Shown: one piece after another, positions 51,523 to 57,415 of the stretch | Numbering within the stretch: position 1 is the first letter of the stretch | Layout: the number at the start of each line of letters is the position of its first letter | Origin: Deltaproteobacteria bacterium | GTDB lineage: Bacteria > Myxococcota > Myxococcia > Myxococcales > 40CM-4-68-19 | NCBI GenBank assembly: GCA_005888115.1 | Contig: VBKO01000341.1 | Coordinates: 1-57,415 of the forward strand | Direction: 5' to 3' | Length of the DNA: 57,415 nt | The notes under the pieces: model-generated | Told to the model about the DNA's origin: nothing | Databases searched by the model: none | The model's input: the letters and a program-made list of their open reading frames with translations, nothing else | Program-made: the position numbers and the translations under genes

Positions 51523-52170
51523 TCAGTGCTCCAGCAGCTCGTCCAGCTTCTCCGGCTCGAGCACGACCTGGAACTCCTTCGCGCCGTGCGACTTGGCCTG
51601 CTGCTGCCAGGAGGCGAGTCGCTGCCGGTAGACGCTCGGATTCATGTTGTCGGCGCTCAGCTTCTTCACGTTCATGGCAAGGATGCGCATGCCGGCGAAC
51701 TCGTCCGGCGCGAGCGTACGCTTCACGCCCCGGGGCAGGTCCTCTTCCATGTCGCTGAACACGACCATGGTGCGCTGCCCCGCGCCGGTTTCCTTCAAGT
51801 ACTCGGAGGCGAGCATCATCGCGCCGCGAATGTCCGTGTGTCTGGAGCGCTGGCGCTTCGCCGCGAAGTGGTCCATCTGGGTTGCGAACGCGAGCTTCTG
51901 CGCGTTCGCCTTCGAGGGCCGCACGTCCAGCGTCATCCCGCCCTCGACGTTCGCCTTCTTGTAGCTCTCGTCGTCGATGCGGATGACGAAGATGCTGTCC
52001 CCCGGCTGCAGCTTGGGCAGGATGCCGCGCTTGATCACGTTCACCACCTCGGGCTTCTGGTCGGCGTAGGTGCCGGAGACGTCGACCAGCGCGACCACCG
52101 CCTGCGCGTAGTTCTTGCCGCTCGAGCAGGACAGGAGAAGCGGCAGCGCGAGAACGCTGAGCCTCTTCAT
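51523..52170 (-). CDS. Lipoprotein with VWA-like fold signature
   Basis: Lipobox LLLSCSS; VALVDVSGTY (DxSxT), HTDIRGAMMLA and VVFSDMEED are spaced like MIDAS elements. The ATG overlaps the upstream stop (ATGA). Confidence 0.65.
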   Translation of the reverse strand: MKRLSVLALPLLLSCSSGKNYAQAVVALVDVSGTYADQKPEVVNVIKRGILPKLQPGDSIFVIRIDDESYKKANVEGGMTLDVRPSKANAQKLAFATQMDHFAAKRQRSRHTDIRGAMMLASEYLKETGAGQRTMVVFSDMEEDLPRGVKRTLAPDEFAGMRILAMNVKKLSADNMNPSVYRQRLASWQQQAKSHGAKEFQVVLEPEKLDELLEH

Positions 52171-53591
52171 GGACGAGCCCCCTGCTTGGCGGTCGAGATC
52201 GAGGGCCGCGCCCCCGTCGCCAGCCGCTCGATCTGCAGCGGCAGCACGATGTAGATGTCGTACAGGTGTCGGGCCCCCTCGACGAGGTAGCGCGACGCGT
52301 GCCCGAGCAGCCGGGCACCGGTCCCGACCAGGGCCAGCACGCCGGCCGTGAGCGTCAGGAAGATGTGGCCGCCGGTGGCGATCAGCGTCTCCAGCGGCAC
52401 CGCCACCATGGCGAGGATCCAGGGGAGGATGAAGCCCAGGACCGCCTGCCCCACCACGGGGATGCGCGAGGCGGCGGGATCCGCGACGGCCTTCTCGTGG
52501 ACGCCGGCCAGCGACTGCTTCAGCGCGGTGGCCGACTCGACGAGCTGCTCGCGGAGCACCGCCAGCGAACACTCAATGCAGGCGAGCAGCAGCAGGCCGC
52601 CGACCGCAACCGCCAGGATGATGCGCCGGCGCGACGCGGGCAGGAGATCCAGCTTGGGGAAGAAGCTCGTGATGCCCAGCATCTCCATCGCGAAGATGCC
52701 CGCGGCGACTTCCATCAGCACCACCACCAGGGCGGCGACGGTGGAGACGGGCATGCCGCCGATGCGGCTGCCGGCGGGCACCAGCTCGGACATGGGAAGC
52801 GCGATGAGATTGAAGTTCACGAACGCGCCGCCGATGGCGACGCCGAGCACCAGCAGCGAGGCGACGAAGAGCTGCGTCGACTGCCAGCCCATCGCGCGCA
52901 CGGCCTTGTCCTCGCCCTTGCGGATCTGCTCGTACGTCGTCATGTGCGCGTCGATCCGCTTGGTCGTCTCCAGGGCCGCGGCGACCGACTTGCCCGCGTC
53001 GGCCGCATTGTCCTTGAGCTCCTTCAACATCGGCGCCATGCCGTTCAGGATCTTGTGCCGCTTGGCGGTGGAGTCGCGGTACTCCTGCAGGGCCTTCTTC
53101 TCGCCCGACTTGGCGGTGTTGTGGATCTCCTCGAGCACCTTCTTCACCACGTTGTCGGCGTTCTGCGGCATCTTGGCGACGGCGGCGGTGGCCTCGGCCC
53201 ACCCCGGAGGAGTCGGCGCGGCGTTGCCGCATTCCTTGTAGTCGGCGTCGATCCGCGCGGTCAGGTCGTCCATCTTGCGATGCAGCTCGGGATAGCGGCC
53301 CAGCTCCTTGGCGAAGGTGACCTCCACCCGGCGGAACTCGCGCGCGACCTTGGATTCGGCGTCGCCCTTCCCCATCTCCAGCACCATCTCGCGGTCGCGC
53401 TTGGCGATGGAGACGGAGACCGACTTGCACCAGCGCGCGGTGATGCGGAACGCTCCGGCCAGCACACGCCCCAGCGCCCGGAACGCCCGGTGCACCGGCG
53501 CGCGCGCCGCCCAGCAGAAGAGCTGGCTGAGCAGCCAGAGCGCCAGCAACGAGGCGGCCGGGCGTGCCGGCCAGAGGTACAGACTCTCCAT
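52167..53591 (-). CDS. Polytopic membrane protein with ~200-aa helical soluble insert, no family recognised
   Basis: 474 aa: one N-terminal TM, a charged helical region (aa ~60-235), then 5-6 TM segments. GC3 bias is good. Confidence 0.7.
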   Translation of the reverse strand: MESLYLWPARPAASLLALWLLSQLFCWAARAPVHRAFRALGRVLAGAFRITARWCKSVSVSIAKRDREMVLEMGKGDAESKVAREFRRVEVTFAKELGRYPELHRKMDDLTARIDADYKECGNAAPTPPGWAEATAAVAKMPQNADNVVKKVLEEIHNTAKSGEKKALQEYRDSTAKRHKILNGMAPMLKELKDNAADAGKSVAAALETTKRIDAHMTTYEQIRKGEDKAVRAMGWQSTQLFVASLLVLGVAIGGAFVNFNLIALPMSELVPAGSRIGGMPVSTVAALVVVLMEVAAGIFAMEMLGITSFFPKLDLLPASRRRIILAVAVGGLLLLACIECSLAVLREQLVESATALKQSLAGVHEKAVADPAASRIPVVGQAVLGFILPWILAMVAVPLETLIATGGHIFLTLTAGVLALVGTGARLLGHASRYLVEGARHLYDIYIVLPLQIERLATGARPSISTAKQGARP

Positions 53592-53703
53592 GTTGAACTC
53601 CCGGGTTCAAGCGAACCAACAAGCTCCAGAGGTTAGGGCCCGGGAATGTGAGTCTGCGAGGCCCGGAGGTGGGCAGCGCGCGCAGATCCGGCCCTGCAAA
53701 TTC

Positions 53704-54339
53704 CTACCTGCCCAGAATCCAGTCCATTAGCCCTCGCCAGGAGGGAGACAGACGGAATTGGGCGCCCCGGAGCCTGCGCAGGTTCCTGCCCTTCACCCAC
53801 ATGCGCATCTCGCGCAAAAGCTTCTCCGCGTCGCGCCTTTGGCCTTCGGCGGCCAGCAAACTGGCCAGGTCGAGCGTACCGTCGAAGTGGAACGCGTCGA
53901 GCGTGAGCACCTGGCGCAAGAGCGCCATGGCGAGCGGCCGCTGCGCCTTCTTGGTCAGCTGCTCGCGGCCCTCGAGCAGCGACTGGACCGCGTCGGCCTT
54001 GCGCCCGCGCTTGACCTGCTCGTTGGCGACGCGCTCCCAGTACTCCACGTCCTCGGGGAAATTCTTCGCCGCGACCTTCCAGATGGCGATGGCCTTGTCG
54101 GCGAAGCCGGCCTTGAGGAACCCGATGCCCGCCGAGTCGAAGGAACGGCGCGCCTCGTCCCAGCGCTTGGTGCGCGCGAGCAGTGGCGCGATGCGCGCGT
54201 GCACCTGGTGATCGTTCGGGTCCTGCGCGAGGATCTGCGAATAGCCGGCGATCGCCTTGCGGACGCGCCCGCGGCCGCGCGCCTTGTCGGCGGCATCGAG
54301 GATCGCGGAGCGGTCGTAGACCTTCTTGCGCCAGAACAC
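53704..54339 (-). CDS. TPR-like helical repeat protein, hypothetical
   Basis: 211 aa; helical-repeat segments such as AIAGYSQILAQDPNDHQVHARIAPLLARTKRWDEARRSF. Confidence 0.65.
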   Translation of the reverse strand: MFWRKKVYDRSAILDAADKARGRGRVRKAIAGYSQILAQDPNDHQVHARIAPLLARTKRWDEARRSFDSAGIGFLKAGFADKAIAIWKVAAKNFPEDVEYWERVANEQVKRGRKADAVQSLLEGREQLTKKAQRPLAMALLRQVLTLDAFHFDGTLDLASLLAAEGQRRDAEKLLREMRMWVKGRNLRRLRGAQFRLSPSWRGLMDWILGR

Positions 54340-54362
54340 GCGGCGGCAGTGTACAAGGAATC

Positions 54363-55238
54363 ATGCCCGTTTCGCACCGCCTCGGAATCATTGGGCTGGG
54401 CCTCATCGGCGGCTCGCTGGCGCTCGCGCTGCGCCGCGCACGGCCGGAGCTGCGCATTCTCGGCGTGGACGTGGACACGGGTGCGCTGAAGCGCGCCTTG
54501 GCCGAGCGCGCCATCGACGCTTCCGCGACGCCGGACTCCGCTCCGCTCGCGGAATGCGAGGTAGTGGTGCTCGCGCAGCCCGCCGCCGCCCTCCTGGAAA
54601 GCATCCTGCCCACGGCCGCGCGGATGACGCCCGGCGCGGTGCTCACCGACGTCTGCGGCTCGAAGGAGGCGATCTGCGCGCGCGCCGCAGGGCAAGACCG
54701 GGTGCTCTTCGTCGGCGCGCACCCGATGGCCGGCACCGAGTTTCGCGGCTTCGCGGCGGCCAGCCCAGCGCTGTTCGCAGGCGCGACCGTCGCGGTCTGC
54801 CCACCGGTCGGCGCGCGCGAACACGGGGAGCGGGCGGTGACCGCGGTGAAGGACCTGTGGGTCGCCGCCGGAGCCGGCAAGCTGCTGGACATCGATCCGG
54901 CTGAGCACGACGGCGCGGTGACCTTCGCCTCGCACCTCCCGTACCTGGCCGCGGCGATGGTCGTCGAGTCGCTCTCGAAAGTGGCCGACCTGGCCCCCCT
55001 CGCGCGCGAGCTGGCCGCGGGAGGCTTTCGCGACACCACCCGCCTGGCGGGCGACGGCACGGTCGGCGGCGCCGCCGCGCTCAACCGCCACGTTCCCGGC
55101 GCCGCTCGCGACCTGGCGGAGCGCCTGCGCGCGCTCGCCGATGAGCTGACGCAGAGTCCCGAGCAAACGCTGGAGCGCCTCGGCCGTCTCGCCGATACCC
55201 GCCGCCGCATGCGCCTGCCGCCGCTCCCGCACAAGTGA
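54363..55238 (+). CDS. tyrA: Prephenate/arogenate dehydrogenase
   Basis: LGIIGLGLIGGSLALAL NAD-binding fold, VGAHPMAG, HDGAVTFASHLPY. Confidence 0.88.
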   Translation: MPVSHRLGIIGLGLIGGSLALALRRARPELRILGVDVDTGALKRALAERAIDASATPDSAPLAECEVVVLAQPAAALLESILPTAARMTPGAVLTDVCGSKEAICARAAGQDRVLFVGAHPMAGTEFRGFAAASPALFAGATVAVCPPVGAREHGERAVTAVKDLWVAAGAGKLLDIDPAEHDGAVTFASHLPYLAAAMVVESLSKVADLAPLARELAAGGFRDTTRLAGDGTVGGAAALNRHVPGAARDLAERLRALADELTQSPEQTLERLGRLADTRRRMRLPPLPHK

Positions 55239-57415
55239 AGACTGAAGGATTCCCGCGGAGGCGCGGAGCACGCGGAGCGTCAGCGCTGCTCGTGGTCCTC
55301 GCCCGAGGCGCCCTCGCCCAGCCTGTGCCCGATCCACAGCCCGAGGAGAAGCCAGCCACGGCGGCAATGCCGATCACCGCGCCGAGCCCCACCGGGCCGG
55401 CCGTGGAAGCGGAGTACCCGGCGGGCGAGTCCCGCGGCGCGCGCGTCGTGCTGGAGCTGGACGTGGACGCGCAGGGAGAAGTGACGGCCGCGCGATTGCT
55501 GACGCCGCCGCAGCCTCGCTTCGACGAGTCCGCGCTCGCCGCGGCCCGCCGCCTGCGCTTCGAGCCCGCTCGCCGCGGCAGCGAACCCCTCGCGGTCCGC
55601 ATCCAGTTCGCGTTCAACTTCGCACCGCCGCCCGCGCCGCCGGTTCCGTCGGAACAGCTGGTCAACGTGTCGGGCACGGTGCGCGAGCGCGGATCGCGCC
55701 GGCGGGTCTCCGGGATCGAGGTGTCTCTCCGCGAAGCGAATCTTTCTGCAGTGACCGACGCGCAGGGTCGCTTCGAGCTGCGCGGCGTCCCTCCAGGATC
55801 GGCCGAGCTGGTCATCGCCGCGCCAGGGTACCAACGGCTCTCGACCACGATCGGCGTCGAGCCAGGGAAGCGCACCGACGTCTCCCTGCTCCTGGAGCCC
55901 CTCTTCGCCAACCCATTCGAGGCGACCGTCGAGGGTGAGCGCGGGCGCGAGGAGCTGAGCCGCACCACCATCACCACGCCGGAAGTCCAGCGCATTCCCG
56001 GCGCGCAGGGCGACGCGCTCAAGGTGGTCGAGGACCTGCCCGGCGTGGCGCGCACCAGCCCGATCGGCGGAGGCCTGCTGGTGATCCGCGGCTCGAATCC
56101 CGGCGACTCGCTCGTCTATCTCGACGGGCAGCCGATTCCGCTCCTGTACCACTTCGGCGCCATCTCCAGCACGGTCAATCCTGACCTGCTGGAAGGGATC
56201 GACTACGTCCCCGGGAACTTCAGCGCGACCTACGGCGACCTGGTCGGCGGGCTGGTCGAGGTGCGCTCGCGGAAGCTGCGCGAGGAGCCGCACGGGTACG
56301 CGAATCTGAACCTCCTCGAAGCCAGCGCGATGGTGGAGAGCAGCGTCCCAGGCGTGCCTGGCCTGAGCTTCGCGCTGGCTGGCCGGCGTAGCTACATTGA
56401 TTATATCCTACGCGCCGCCGTGTCGGAAGGGGACGTGAGGTTCACCGTCGCGCCCCGCTACTACGACGCGCAGCTCCGCATCGACTGGCGACCGCCGGGA
56501 TCGAGGCACGCGCTGCAATTCCTCGCGCTCACCTCCGACGACAAGCTCGGGCTCCTCGTGGCCAGGCCACTCGACCAGGATCCGAACGTCAGCGGCAACA
56601 TCGACACCGAGACCGGCTTCCAGCAACTACGGCTGAAGCACAGCTTTCGGAGCGGCGCGCTGACCGTCGATTCCATTGCCATGTTCGATAGGCTGCTCCT
56701 GCGTTTCGCAGTCGCACAGCAGGACCTCGACGTCCTCAGCCGCGATCTCTTCCTGCGCAGCACCATCAGCCTGGAAGCATCCGACGCGCTCTCGCTCGCC
56801 GCCGGCATCGACGTGGCGAACCGGCGCGCCCTGGTCTCCGCCAGCTTCCAGCAGTCGCTCGCGGTGCGCGAGGGCGAGTTCAACAACCAGGGACCGCGCA
56901 TCGACGAGCCCCTCACGACGCTGCCGCCCACGCTGGTGAACCGGTTCAGCCCGGGCCTCTGGGCCGAGGCGCGCATCCGGCCGCTGCCCGGATTGACCAT
57001 CACGCCGGGGGTTCGCCTCGACTCTTACGTGTACGGCGTCGCGGCTCGCGACCGCACCTCCACGGCCGCCGTGTCCCCCCGGGTGGCGGTGCGCTGGGAA
57101 GCGAGCCCGGTGTGGGCGTTCAAGGCGGGCGCCGGGCTCTACTCGCAAGGCGCGCGCAACGCCGATGCGGTGCGTCCTTTCGGCAACCCGGACGTCCTGC
57201 CCGAGCGCGCGCTCCAGCTCACCGCCGGCGCGGAGATGCGGCCGTGGCCGGGCCTCTTCTTCGGCGCCGAGGGATTCTACAAGCGCCTATCGGACATCAT
57301 CGTGCGCTCGCCGGACACCCAGGTCGTCGACGGACAGACGGTGCCCGTCATCCTCGACAACGCCGGCATCGGGCGCGTGGTCGGCATCGAGGTGCTGCTG
57401 CGCAAGGAGCTCACC
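55235..57415 (+). CDS. TonB-dependent receptor with N-terminal TonB-C-like and carboxypeptidase-regulatory-like domains (3'-partial)
   Basis: This ORF is not in the ORF track because it runs off the window. I translated it by hand from GTG 55235, which overlaps the tyrA stop as GTGA, and found 727 codons with no stop. It has a signal peptide, then EAEYPAGESRGARVVLELDVDAQGEV...RFEPA (TonB_C-like), VSGTVRE...GRFELRGVPPG (CarboxypepD_reg), the plug (IPGAQGDALKVVEDLPGVAR, LVIRGSNPGDSLVYLDG), and then barrel strands. Confidence 0.85.
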   Translation, partial: MKTEGFPRRRGARGASALLVVLARGALAQPVPDPQPEEKPATAAMPITAPSPTGPAVEAEYPAGESRGARVVLELDVDAQGEVTAARLLTPPQPRFDESALAAARRLRFEPARRGSEPLAVRIQFAFNFAPPPAPPVPSEQLVNVSGTVRERGSRRRVSGIEVSLREANLSAVTDAQGRFELRGVPPGSAELVIAAPGYQRLSTTIGVEPGKRTDVSLLLEPLFANPFEATVEGERGREELSRTTITTPEVQRIPGAQGDALKVVEDLPGVARTSPIGGGLLVIRGSNPGDSLVYLDGQPIPLLYHFGAISSTVNPDLLEGIDYVPGNFSATYGDLVGGLVEVRSRKLREEPHGYANLNLLEASAMVESSVPGVPGLSFALAGRRSYIDYILRAAVSEGDVRFTVAPRYYDAQLRIDWRPPGSRHALQFLALTSDDKLGLLVARPLDQDPNVSGNIDTETGFQQLRLKHSFRSGALTVDSIAMFDRLLLRFAVAQQDLDVLSRDLFLRSTISLEASDALSLAAGIDVANRRALVSASFQQSLAVREGEFNNQGPRIDEPLTTLPPTLVNRFSPGLWAEARIRPLPGLTITPGVRLDSYVYGVAARDRTSTAAVSPRVAVRWEASPVWAFKAGAGLYSQGARNADAVRPFGNPDVLPERALQLTAGAEMRPWPGLFFGAEGFYKRLSDIIVRSPDTQVVDGQTVPVILDNAGIGRVVGIEVLLRKELT

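Overview
This is a 57.4-kb, roughly 70% GC, gene-dense chromosomal window with about 50 CDS. I saw no rRNA, tRNA, CRISPR array or IS/transposase. The donor is Gram-negative and probably Myxococcota-like; that taxon guess is inference from GC content and gene content only. In order, the window holds: a 5'-truncated membrane spermidine-synthase-like/TPR protein; gltB-gltD; a crotonase and an amidohydrolase; a 674-bp ORF-free, lower-GC island; a 14.6-kb, 16-gene minus-strand string; a PAS-GGDEF-EAL gene; an NRAMP-like transporter overlapped with a TM-less MgtE-sensor-like protein; a CGNR zinc-finger gene facing a MacAB-like exporter operon that ends in a GT-C-like membrane protein; M3 and DUF885 peptidase-like genes; a RegB/RegA-type two-component pair; an S9 peptidase; a short HlyD-like orphan; an ABC-F ATPase; a serine hydrolase; a VWA-like lipoprotein plus an unassigned polytopic membrane protein; tyrA; and a 3'-truncated TonB-dependent receptor. 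The 16-gene string runs marC, OM lipoprotein, waaA, lpxK, LpxL-like, hldA, hldC::GT2, trm112-like, two GT9 heptosyltransferases, yicC, gmk, DUF350, GSP-synthase-like and two unknowns, and most of its junctions are 1-4 nt overlaps. The most interesting items are: (1) the split MgtE-sensor plus non-canonical NRAMP pair; (2) the ORF-free structured island at 13060-13733; (3) three internal lesions in otherwise well-conserved genes (gltD, the EAL domain, hldC/GT2), which are either real decay or assembly joins; (4) the DUF350/ATP-grasp/DUF1190-like module attached to gmk; (5) an unassigned membrane protein plus VWA-lipoprotein pair. All calls rest on reading the supplied translations and the nucleotide sequence; no database search was run.
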